Part shown: positions 10,683 through 21,338 of the stretch, in pieces | How the letters are laid out: the number at the start of each line of letters is the position of its first letter | Position numbering within the stretch: position 1 is the stretch's first letter | Assembly: GCA_000934665.2 (NCBI GenBank) | Contig: JYFJ02003976.1 | Coordinates: 1 to 35,866, forward strand | DNA: 35,866 nt | Reading direction: 5' to 3' | Source of the DNA: Catajapyx aquilonaris | Lineage: Eukaryota | Position numbers and translations under genes: made by a program | Notes under the pieces: model-generated | What the model was told of the DNA's origin: nothing | What the model saw: the letters and a program-made list of their open reading frames with translations, nothing else | The model's database searches: none

Positions 10683-12373
10683 TTAAATTCTCAGAAAGTC
10701 CATGATATCAAATATGTCCCAATCATTAGACAGGTTCCAATGCATGTGAGTTACAACAAGTGCGAGTAGGATGATGCGGAAGGGATGGAGACTGAACAGA
10801 ATGAAGAAGAAGAAGATCAGTGAAGTTGCGGAAACTACGTCGTTGTCGTTCTGGATTAACGAGCTGCAAGTTTCTGAGTCGCATGAAGGTTGTTCGTAGT
10901 TTGTCAAATCATGAGGAACCTTGTCGCTGTTGCTTGTTGCTACTGCTTCCTCTTTTCCTCTCATAATGATTTCCTTGCTTAACGAGCAGGATGAATCAAT
11001 CACCACAGTTTTCTCCTCTTGTAAGTTGACGATTGGAGCCCACAAGCTCATCACATCATCACCAAGGTAGTCTGAAATGTAGTCACCATTGTCTTCAGAC
11101 CCACTGCTTTTTGGTTGGTCGTTAGCGGTATTACTCTTGCTCTGTAATTACATGCAACACATGGCCTGTTTTCACCATTCAAAAGTACAAATGAATAATT
11201 TTATAATCACATGGAAAAATGATTCTTACTAGACTTTCACAGCTTGAAAAAGCAGCCAGAGAATCATTTGTCTCGTTGTCGGGTAATTTTATTTCATCCA
11301 TGATCTCTTTCTGTGGATATAGAGTGTTATTCATGTACTACGCAATATTTTTGTACTCGTGCACACAACCTAAAACATGCAATGAGGTTAATGAAAATAA
11401 TAATAATGTATTGCACATGTTGTGGTGTTCATTCACCTTCAATTCTTGTCTGATCTCGGCCATGCTGGAGTCTACAATGCCGGGGATCAACTGTAGTTTC
11501 TGTCGCAGTTCTTCGATCTCCTTTGGAAATTAATTTAAAAAATCACATGCGTTTTATGCAAGCCATATTTCAGAAAAGTAAGAAACAACTCAATATATAT
11601 TTTTTCTCTCACCTGTAGTATGTGCAAGGCAGCATCATGGGGATCAACATTCATATGGGACCAAGAAGCAGTGGTGTTCGCATCATCAGGAAATAGATTT
11701 TCAGCTCGTTGTTTCTGTGAAAATTTAATTGGGAAATATGTAAGTACAGTACTGGTACATATTTTTTTAATGCACATACTAAAGTGCTATTTTGTACTAT
11801 TTTGTTTCAAATAATTACCAGCAGCTCTTCCATGTAACTTGGCACATTATATTTATTGCAGTAGAAGTCAAGGGATGTCATCAGTGGAGATTTCTTTTTA
11901 ATTATTTTCCCAAAATGTGCTTCACAATTGTCCTCATAATCATCCAGGTCACCGACAATCATTATGAATTGTCCTGTTGTAATTATAATTACTCTAGAAT
12001 GAACTATCATCATCACACTTGCTGTTGGCAAGTATAATTAATTAAAGTTTTTTTTTTTTTTTTGCAAACACAACATGTCAAGAAAAAATGTAACTTTTCA
12101 AGAGACACATAAAACATTACCTGCTTTTCAAAATAGGATTTTCACATATTTTAAAAATAATAATATCTTATGGACATGTTTGATGATGATGATGATGATG
12201 ATGACTTCAATTTTGCTTCTTTTACCTTCTTGGAAAATATCCCTGAGCTTAAGTCCCTTCATGCACACTCCATGAAGGAAGACATTATCGCTTGTGAAAT
12301 ACCAGGTGTTGTACTCATCGCCATAATCCACCTCAAGTCTTTTTCTGCTTATTCCAACAATACTGCCTTTCAT
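10683..12373 (-). CDS. Family copy G7, intact six-exon gene, about 342 aa, predicted C-terminal membrane anchor
   Basis: Exons 12373-12226, 11973-11819, 11714-11613, 11520-11437, 11310-11230 and 11141-10683 total 1029 nt, all GT-AG with consistent phases. The C-terminus is SATSLIFFFFILFSLHPFRIILLALVVTHMHW...MDFLRI*. Confidence 0.8.
12180..12204. repeat. (GAT)n microsatellite in intron 1 of G7
   Basis: tgatgatgatgatgatgatgatga. Confidence 0.9.
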
Positions 12374-13154
12374 GCCTAATAAATTGGCAAAGCTTCTAGT
12401 TGCACCAAAACTAACCCAGAAACTAAGCAACAAGATGATCTGACGCAATACACACTACTTATCTCAGTATCTCTGTGATGATTGTAAGATATTTGCTATA
12501 TCAAAAGCACCTCTCCCCTTCCCATCATGCAGTGTGACTTACCCTCTCAAGTAAAATAAAAAAAATCTCCACTTATCTTATCAAAAAGTGGAGGGAGGCC
12601 TTGATCCTGGGCACCCCCAACCGACCATCTGGATGCAATATTTTTGATAGCCTATTAATTTTTCCATATTTGATTAGCCAATGCTTAGGCATGATATGAT
12701 GAACTCAACAACTCTTTTTTTTTTAAATATGTGATATCTATAGTAGATGTAATTATTATGAGTATGACTAATAATATGCATTTATTTTAGAAGGAATGCC
12801 CTATAGCTGCAGATGAAGGCGGGAGTTCAAGAAAGGGATTTAAGATGGCTTGTACGCAATTCAATTTAAGCAAGAGGTGGATTCAGAATCACACTGTGTG
12901 AGTGTGTCCCCAAAGATGTGCAAGTGAAGTGTAAAGAGGACAAGATATTTTGTGTCTACCCTTATTGATGCGAATGGCTCGAGAAAACAATATTGCTTTA
13001 ATTATTGTGCAGGTGATTGCAGTTGACGGTTGCTATGGTGTTGTTTGGAATGTCTTTGTTATTGTTTAGATGTGTCTGGTAGTTTAGAAGCAGAAGAGAG
13101 ATTGATTGTGGTGCAGGAGAGCTGCTGTGTCTCACACACAAGGGTACAAAGGCG

Positions 13155-14157
13155 ATGGAGGCCACAATTGCTGATAACATCAACAGGTGCGGATACTGAT
13201 TGCATAAGCTCGAATACATTAATGCATTTTAGCAGGAGATGAAGTTGCCCTTTGTGTTGGTAATGATGTATGGGTTTTTGTTACCGCCACAGTACTATAT
13301 TCCATGTGGCCCTGCCAGGAACGGTTCCTAGCCCTACAGGATATTTAAAAAAAAAGTTCAATGCGAGCCAGAGCAAGCTAGGCTCTTGTTGTGGGTTCAG
13401 AATCCGCCAACAATGTTTACGCCTCAGTCGTGTGAAATATTTTCCCTCCTAATCTCTATTAACAATTTTGATGTGCACCAGTAATATTATCCTATAATTC
13501 TATGATGTGTCTGTTTGTAGGCTATTTCCCAGATGGCAAATTCATCCCATGGTGAAAGGGGTAGCCGGAAAGAGTGATGATGCTATCGTGATTAAGCAAG
13601 AGAGGCTCTCACCAGTTCAAGATGGCGATGAAGAGGATGAGTTGGACATTGGGGAAGTGGAGGTGAAGACTGAAGAGTTGGAGGTGAAGACTGAAGAGGA
13701 AGAGGAAATGCTGGTGGATGCTCCAAACATCACCAAAGGAATTGAAGACCCACTTGGCGCAGTTCCTGCAATGCCTGCGCAGCCTGGACCTAGACCATTT
13801 AGTTTCAAGATTTGTTACAGAACATTTATTCCGTGTAGCAGTGACATGATGAAGCGCAGTGGAGCGGCGAAGCCACTGTTGTGTCAGGAATGTGGCAAAA
13901 CTTTCCTTTACCGCTCAGCCTTGGCGAAGCACCGTAGAATTCACACTGGAGAGAGGCCATACCAATGTGAAGAGTGTGACAAGTCATTCACGCAGAAGGG
14001 TGGGCTAGTTGCACATGTGAGGACCCATACTGGGGAGAGGCCGTACAAATGTCTGGAGTGTGACAAAACGTACATGCAGACGAATGGGCTAGTTCAACAC
14101 ATGAGGACTCATACCCGTGTCAAGATGAGTGCCACAAGTCGTTCACACATATGTTGA
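13155..14157 (+). CDS. C2H2 zinc-finger protein, subfamily II copy 1, about 218 aa, 3 intact fingers
   Basis: Exon 13155-13186 (MEATIADNIN-R) splices in phase 2 to exon 13533-14157 (WQIHP...IKQE...EDPL...). TGERPY linkers are present and the first finger is degenerate. Confidence 0.75.
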
Positions 14158-14344
14158 TCACAGGAGTTAAGTTGCGGAGCGAACACGTTTGAATAGCCCG
14201 GGTTTGAAGGTAACAGATAATTAACGTTCTATTTATTTTAAAGCGTCGTACATTACCATCCCATGGTTAAATCCGAGGCATTTAATTAACTAATCAATAG
14301 TTAATATCTTAATACAATTTTTTATATATATTAACAGCGGTTGT

Positions 14345-14465
14345 GTTGGCACCATTGGGCCTCGTTCGGCATTCAAGATGGCGCCCAAGTTCTGTGCAGA
14401 AGCGTCAACTCTCCAAGTGTATGACGTTTAATTAGACTTGTAATTACACTGGGAGGAGTGCAGGT
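14345..14465 (+). promoter_or_regulatory. Conserved promoter/5' UTR module of subfamily I ZNF genes
   Basis: CCATTGG, CAAGATGGCG (YY1-type, 14374-14383) and TGACGTTTAATTAGAC, followed by a donor gcag|gtaa. Repeated at about 16205-16335, 21025-21165 and 29610-29740. Confidence 0.6.
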
Positions 14466-14644
14466 AATTAGACTTGATGTGCAGGGCATGCTCAGTACAC
14501 AGGGAAGTAGGGCTCAGGTGTGAGGGTGGAAGGGCAGGCCTTTATTTGTTTCGAAGTGTGCGGCAGGCACATCCGAATGTTCCTCTTTGGCAGACCCTCC
14601 AAGGTTGGGACGTGGATTGAGGTCATTGGGTGACCTGCAGGGCC

Positions 14645-15657
14645 ATGACCTCGTTGGGGGTCAAGGAGGAGCTGGAGGAAGGAGACGTGACGGTGGAGGA
14701 GACATGGCGGCTGCGTCTCAAGGAGGAGACACCGGCGTGCTTCGACGGGGACTCTACGCTCTTCATAGAAGAAAGTCTGCGTGAGATAAAGCAGGAAAGG
14801 GCAGATGAGGAAGAAGAGATGGTTTTGGTCACGCCCAGTGCTGTCGAAGAAGAAGAAGACCCATTAGCACTTGGTTCCAGAAGGACTAATGCGGTAAGTA
14901 ACCATGCTGTAATTGCGATATAAATATTGCACTAAACTTGATTCCCACATTTCAGATCGTGCAGGATACCACAGGAGACGGAGCGGAAAAGAGCGGAATC
15001 CAGCCAGGAAGGAACATGGACGTCTGCTCTGATAAAAAAAATCCACTTGAATGTGTAATATGCCATGATTTGTTTGCTACCCCATATAAACTGGACATTC
15101 ACATGTTTTCTCATAATGGTAGATATTGCTGCCGCTTTTGCCAGAAGAAATTTCGTAGGTCAGTTTCTTTCCAGTCTCACATGCAAAGTCATGGGGAGAC
15201 ACCATTTGTATGTGAGGTATGCCAAGAGAGATTTTGGGATTCAAATGGCCTTGAAGCTCACATGAAAATTCATACGGGAGTCGTATGTAAGGTGTGCCGC
15301 GAAAGATTGAATGATTCAAGCAGTTTGGAAAGCCACATGCGAATTCATACAGGAGAGGGGCCATTTAATTGTTACCTGTGCTCCAAAAAAAATTGTTGCA
15401 GTGTAAATGCTTTGAAAAATCACTTGCAAAATCATTACGGAGAGAGACAATTTAAATGTAAGGTGTGCCAGAAATTATGTTTCAGTACAGGTGCGTTGAA
15501 AATGCACATGGAATATCATAATGAACCATTTCATTGTATGGTGTGCCAGAGAAAATTTCGTAGTGCAAGTAATTTGAAAGGTCACATGCGTGCTCATGCC
15601 CGGGAGAGTAAGTGTCCATGTGAAGCATGCAAAAAAAATAATGTATCATGCAAGTAG
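14645..15657 (+). CDS. C2H2 zinc-finger protein, subfamily I copy A, about 316 aa, 7 fingers
   Basis: gccATGa start at 14645. Exon 14645-14893, 62-nt intron (gtaagt...tttcag), exon 14956-15657, phase 0. An eighth finger is frameshifted. Confidence 0.85.
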
Positions 15658-16204
15658 TTGGAAAACTCACATCGAATTCATACAAGAGAGAAACTATTTA
15701 TTATTGAGCCATGCCATAAAAAATTTAGTAATTGACCATCAGGCTTTTAAAAATAATATAAAACAGGCAAACATATATGGTCTCCAGGTGAAAATACCGT
15801 AACTGATGAAAGTGGCGTGATCCACGCAGGCATAATTTATCTGTCCAAGATCGTGTCAGATTTTGCAAACACGGTTCTGCAATTTGATTAATAACAATGC
15901 GTCAAGACTTGCACATGTGATTGATAACATGTCGACTATACAAATGTTATGCTGAGTAATGTGAAGCCTAACATGATTGTCTTGTACCGTTTACATCAGT
16001 TGCAATATTTAGGAATGCATGTTGTGCAAATGCAGATAATTTTTTTTTTAAATTAAGTAGGGAGTGGAATTATTTTGTTATTTCTTATTAGATGTGCTCT
16101 GTTTGTATTTTGTGTGGACGAATCAGGATTTATTTTTGAACATACCATAAGATAACATTAATAAATATTTCCAGAAAAAATTATGCCTTAGAATCTACCT
16201 TCTT

Positions 16205-16335
16205 GTGTTGGCACCATTGGACGGCTGTCACTTGTTCGTATTCCAAGATGGCGGTCAAGTTTTCTGAAAACATGAACTTCCGGACAGTGTATGACGTTTA
16301 ATTAGACGTGTAATTACACAAGGGTGAGTGCAGGT
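16205..16335 (+). promoter_or_regulatory. Subfamily I promoter/5' UTR module (copy B)
   Basis: CCATTGG, CAAGATGGCG at 16244-16253 and TGACGTTTAATTAGAC. Confidence 0.6.
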
Positions 16336-16504
16336 AACTAGGGTTGATGTGCAGGGCATGCTCAGTACGGGGAAGGAGGGCTCAGGTGTGAGGGTGGAAG
16401 GGCAGGCCTTTTGAAGTGTGCGGCAGGCACATCCGAATGTTCCTCTTTGGCAGACCCTCCAAGGTTGGGACGTGGATTGAGGTCATTGGGTGACCTGCAG
16501 GGCC

Positions 16505-18078
16505 ATGACCTCGTTGGGGGTCAAGGAGGAGGAGGAGGAGGAGCTGGAGGAAGGAGAAGACCTCAAGGTGGAGGAGACGTGGAGGCTGCGTCTCAAGGAG
16601 GAGGCACCGGGATGCTTCGAAGGGGACGCCACGCTCTTCATAGAAGACACGCTGCGTGAGATCAAAGGGGAGGCAGCGGAGGAGGAGGAAGAGATGGTGG
16701 TGGCCACGTCCAGTGGTGTCGAAGATGAAGACGACCCATTAGCACTTGGCTCCGGACGGATTAGCGCCGTAAGTAATCATGCTGAAATTGCGATATAAAT
16801 ATTGCACTAAACTTGATTCACACGTTTCAGATCGTGCAAAATACCACTGAAGATGGAGCAGGAAAGGGTGGAATCCAGGAGGAAAGAAGCACTATAGGAT
16901 ATCCACGTGCATGCAGAGTATGCCAGACATTGTTTGGTACTCTGCATGAATTGGAAATTCACATGTTAACTCATACTAGTGGAAAAAATCGCTGCCTTAT
17001 TTGCCTGAAGACATTGTGTGATGAAAGGAGTTTGAGAGCCCACATGCAAACTCATACGGGAGAAAAGTCATTCATTTGTGGGGTGTGCCAGAAAGGTTAT
17101 AGTCAGTCAAAGACTTTGAAGAAACACATGCGAGTTCATACAGGAGAGAAACCATCCATTTGTGAGGTGTGCCAGAAAAGATTTAGGTCTTCAAGCAATT
17201 TGAATGATCACATCCGAATTCACACGGGAGAAAAACCATTCATTTGTGAGGTGTGCCAGATAAGTTTTGGTCAGTCAGGCAGTTTGAAATTGCACATGCG
17301 AACTCATACAGGAGAAAAGCCATTCATTTGTGAGGTGTGCCAGAAAGGTTATAGTCATTCAAATACTTTGAAGAAACACATGCAAGTTCATATCAGTGAG
17401 AGACCATTTTCTTGTGAGGTGTGCCAGAGAAGGTTTTGGTCTTCAAGCAATTTGAATGCTCACACCCGAACTCACACAGGAGAAAAACCATTCATTTGTG
17501 AGGTGTGCCAGACAAGTTTTGGTCATTCAAGCAGTTTGAAATATCACATGCGAACTCATGCGGGAGAAAAGCCATTCATTTGTGAGGTGTGCCAGAAATG
17601 TTATAGTCATTCAAAGACTTTGAAGAAACACATGCGAGTTCATACCAGTGACAGTGAGAGACCATTTTCTTGTGAGGTGTGCCAGAGAAGATTTTGGTCT
17701 TCAAACAATTTGAATGTTCACATCCGAACTCATACGGGAGAAAAACCATTCATTTGTGAGGTGTGTCAGACAAGTTTTGGACATTCAGGCAGTTTGAAAT
17801 TGCACATGCGAACTCATACCGGAGAAAAGCCATTCATTTGTGAGGTGTGCCAGAAAGGTTTTAGTCAGTCACAGGCTTTGAAGCAACACATGCGAGTTCA
17901 TACCGGTGAGAGACCATTTTCTTGTGAGGTGTGCCAGAGTAGATTTAGTTCTTCAGGCCATTTGAAATCTCACATGCGAACTCATACGGGAGAAAAGCCA
18001 TTCATTTGTGAGGTGTGCCAGAAAGGTTTTAGTCGTTCAAGGACTTTGAAAAGCCACATGCAAACTCATAAGAAATAA
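16505..18078 (+). CDS. C2H2 zinc-finger protein, subfamily I copy B, about 503 aa, 14 fingers
   Basis: Exon 16505-16768, intron 16769-16830, exon 16831-18078. Tandem CxxC-x12-HxxxH fingers with TGEKPF linkers. Confidence 0.9.
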
Positions 18079-18721
18079 AAGCCATTCATTTGTGAGGTGT
18101 GCCAGGAAAAATTTCCCAGTCCAAATATTCTTAAACATCACATGCAAATTCATACTTTAACACAGAATGTAATACAGGAAGTGCCCGATTTACAATGACT
18201 TAAGGCGATCCGCACTTATGAACGAGCTCCTAAATCTCTCCATAAGCCATTTGTAATTATTCCTTAACTTTCAATCACTTCTGCGTACGTTGACCAACAC
18301 CAAGTTCAACATATTAAATACTGCATAACTAATAAATAATTGGGAAACCCTGCTCTTATGAACACGTAAACAAACTCATTACATAAGTGGTTCATTGGAG
18401 CAGTATCTTTATGCAGTGTATGCGCCTGTACCTCACCGATCCAAGTTACATGCAAATCCGAGTTATGGACACTTTCAGGAACGTAACCCCTTTCGTAGAC
18501 CGGGGACTACCTGTAATAATTATACTGAGTCCATATGTCATGAAAAATTTAGTGATGAACCATCAGGCAAGCTTGTTCTCAGTGTGAAAATAGCTGATGA
18601 AAGTGATGCATGCTGCTGTGACATTATTTCAAAGCCATGCTAAAAAATGCAAGACCATAACGTTTCTGTGCAACATAACGTCACATTTTGCAAGCGCAGT
18701 ATGTTTTTCTATTATTTAATT

Positions 18722-18961
18722 GAGGCCGTCAGAGGAAAAAAATGGCATATCCCTACGGGAGTTCATTTTGAGATAAATGGCTTTTTGTGTTGCAAGAGAA
18801 TAGGATGTTCCATTACGGACCAACTTTACAAGTGGAATTTGGGAGCTTTGGCATGTCCCAATCCATTTTGGGAGCTCAGCACATGTAAGGTAGATGGCAG
18901 GAGAGTACAAAAGCACTACAATCTCAAAATCGGATTATGCCGTTTTTCCTCAGAGCGCCTC
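18722..18961. mobile_element. 240-bp MITE, Sola-like (GAG termini, AATT TSD)
   Basis: Imperfect TIRs GAGGCCGTCAGAGGAAAAAAATGGCAT and ATGCCGTTTTTCCTCAGAGCGCCTC, with AATT on both sides (18718-18721, 18962-18965). It interrupts a 3' UTR that is continuous in paralogs. Confidence 0.75.
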
Positions 18962-19139
18962 AATTTACAATGATACATCGGACTTGCACATGTGATTGAT
19001 AACATGTCTTGCTCAATAATGTGGAGCATAACACTTACCGCTACACAGTGTCTTTGTATACAGTACTTTGTACTATCACGTTCAAACAGATTGTCCTCAC
19101 TGTTTATTTTCTTATGTGTTTATCCCTATGGGGAGCTTT

Positions 19140-19215
19140 TTTGCGGGGCTGGGGGGGGGGGGGGNGGGGGGGGGGGGGGGGGTGCCCCCCGCCCGCCCCC
19201 CTAAATCCGCCACTG
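19140..19215 (-). mobile_element. DNA-transposon end of the CAGTGGCGGAT type (hAT-like), with a poly-G tract containing an N
   Basis: The minus strand begins CAGTGGCGGATTTAGGGGGGCGG. A related end, CAGTGGCTGATCCAGA, ends at 19636. Confidence 0.45.
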
Positions 19216-19343
19216 CGTGTAATTAAATGGGCAAAAAACCCGTAAAACCGCACACGTGGACAAACGACCCTTAGGCACACCAATACTTTTGATGTGCGAA
19301 TAATGTTCTGTGTATAGGATTGAGACATTGTGATAAGTGAATG

Positions 19344-19588
19344 TTAATAATGAATACCCCGTGATAGGCCTCTTAGGGGATCATCTTTTCGTGAACCGAC
19401 TTTAATCATTGTCTGCGTGTGATGGATTTTGATTGCGGGAGGAAACGGGAGGACCCCGAGAAAACCAACGCGAACACGGAGAAACTCCATCCACATAAGT
19501 ATCCTCTGCGCGACCCGGGGATCGAACTCGGGACCTTAGAGGTAGAAGGCTGTGGCGCTAACCACTCCGTCACGGCGCCACTAAACGC
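19344..19588 (-). mobile_element. tRNA-derived SINE with a 12-bp TSD (second family)
   Basis: Minus strand head GGCGCCGTGACGGAGTGGTTAGCG...GAGTTCGATCCC and a central GGTTTTCTCGGGGTCCTCCCGTTTCCTCCC motif resembling conserved SINE body domains. TSD GATAAGTGAATG at 19332-19343 and 19589-19600. Confidence 0.85.
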
Positions 19589-20440
19589 GATAAGTGAATG
19601 AAAAAAATGAAGAAAAAACCTCTGGATCAGCCACTGATTGCACGTGCCCTAATGACCCTTTAAATTTTAAATTGTTTAATTTTTAAAATGATTCATATTA
19701 TTATCGTTATGGACGATAATATTATCCTACCAAATTTTATTGAGATCAAAAAATTGGGGGTGAACATACTTTGAATTTTATTTTGCATGCTCTGTCGTGG
19801 AATCTCCCATCAATTAATTGCAAAAAAAAAATTGTGCGAAAGACGATATCCAAATAAATGCTACAGATGAACAAGGGACCCGGAGGCCAGAAAACGCCCC
19901 CTCCTTGCGCACCCGGCAGTATTTATTCCCCCTCGCTATATCACGCCTCTTTTTTTTCTTTTTCTAAGCCTACATCAAGAGCTCTTGCCTACATTAGGTC
20001 TAATTTTTCAAGCCGCGATGATCGTACGATTCGTACCTGTTCCCGACCGTATACAAGAACATTATAGGAACGTATATTTTGGTGGCTGATAGGGTTGCCA
20101 CTTGAACCGGGATGGCAGCAGATCAAATGAAAATGTTATTTTTTTCCCTGAAAAGTTGGAAAATGTGCATTATCTCTATCTCGATAAATAAGGAAGTTTG
20201 TCAGTTTGGATGTTTGTCCCTTATAGAAATCCAGGGGAAGGCCCCTACACCGCCTTAAATTAGCATATCGGGAGTTACATTTTTCAAGGAATTTAATGCC
20301 GCATGTTTCAGCTTCCGAAAATGAACCTAACACCCATAACACGCATATTCCCAATTAATCAATTGCCAATTACCTATTTAACAATATTCATAGATTTCCA
20401 TGGTAATGCCCTCATTACATTGTAGGCCTACCACAATAAC

Positions 20441-20470
20441 TTACCCGGGCAACGCCGGGTAACCTGCTAG
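20441..20470 (+). mobile_element. Helitron 3' terminus (5' end not located)
   Basis: Hairpin TTACCCGGGCAACGCCGGGTAA, then CTAG followed by T. Confidence 0.75.
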
Positions 20471-21024
20471 TTTATACAGTTTTGCCTTGATCCCCCCGGG
20501 GGGAGTGTTGCCCGGGTCGTGGCCATAGCCTCATCCGCCCCTCTCGCCCCCCTTCCCCCAAATCACCCCAAATAAACACCTTTTCACACCCATCAGACAA
20601 CGCAATGCCCCTCCCACTCCCGCCCACCTCCCAAGACCCCGACCGTGGGACCCTGGGGCCGTGGGACCGCGACCGTGACCCGTGATCACAGTGCTGTGGA
20701 TTCCGGAATAACGCCAAATAAACAACCGCGGTTACCTTGGAGCGCCCAGGATAGCCAACACATAAACACATAAGAAAATAAACGGTGAGGACAATCTGTT
20801 TGAACGTGATAGAACTACATAAGTTGCAATATTTGCATATTGAGAAATGCGCATGATGTGCAAATGGGGATTTATTTTTTTTCAAACATACACTGGGACT
20901 GATATTATTTTGTTCTTTTTTATTAGATGTGACCTGTTTGTATTTTGTGGGACGAATCAGAAATATTTTGTGACGCTAATAAATACTTGAAGGAAAATCT
21001 CTACATGATGTGAGTGGCTCTTTA

Positions 21025-21165
21025 TGTTGGCGCCATTGGGCGATTGTCACCTGTTCGGAATCCAAGATGGCGCCGATTGTCGTCTGAAAATCTGAAATTC
21101 ATAACATTCCGAACGTTGAATGACGCTTAATTAGACGTGTAATTACCCTGGGAGGAGTGCAGGTA
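21025..21165 (+). promoter_or_regulatory. Subfamily I promoter/5' UTR module (copy C)
   Basis: CCATTGG, CAAGATGGCG at 21063-21072 and TGACGCTTAATTAGAC. Confidence 0.6.
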
Positions 21166-21338
21166 ACTAGGGTTTGATGTGCAGGGCATGCCCAGTGCAG
21201 GGAAGGAGGGCTCAGGTGTGAGGGTGGAAGGGCAGGCCTTTTGTTTCGAAGGGTGCGGCAGGCACATCCGAATGTTCCTCTTGGCAGACCCTCCAAGGTT
21301 GGGACGTGGATTGAGGTCATTGGGTGACCTGCAGGGCC

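Larger units (their letters stand above)
19073..20812. mobile_element. 1.74-kb composite insertion bounded by 51-bp inverted repeats
   Basis: 19073-19123 is the reverse complement of 20762-20812 with one mismatch. The paralogous 3' UTR sequence (acataagttgcaatattt) resumes right after it. Contains nested elements. Confidence 0.75.

Noticed and set aside
165..12448. The many short ORFs in the track as stand-alone genes (for example MGKHHGDE.., MCLTHLK.., MQMCSFK..)
   Set aside because: They are antisense or off-frame shadows of the spliced minus-strand exons, or conserved intergenic sequence, and they recur only because the unit is duplicated.
14630..14644. MTCRA extension and MIPTFQ/MIHTFQ starts of the ZNF ORFs
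   Set aside because: These use GTG or TTG starts, or intronic sequence. The gccATG and the tttcag acceptor explain the structure better.
19104..19328. Gly- or Pro-rich ORFs
   Set aside because: They come from a poly-G tract containing an N (19165) inside a transposon end.
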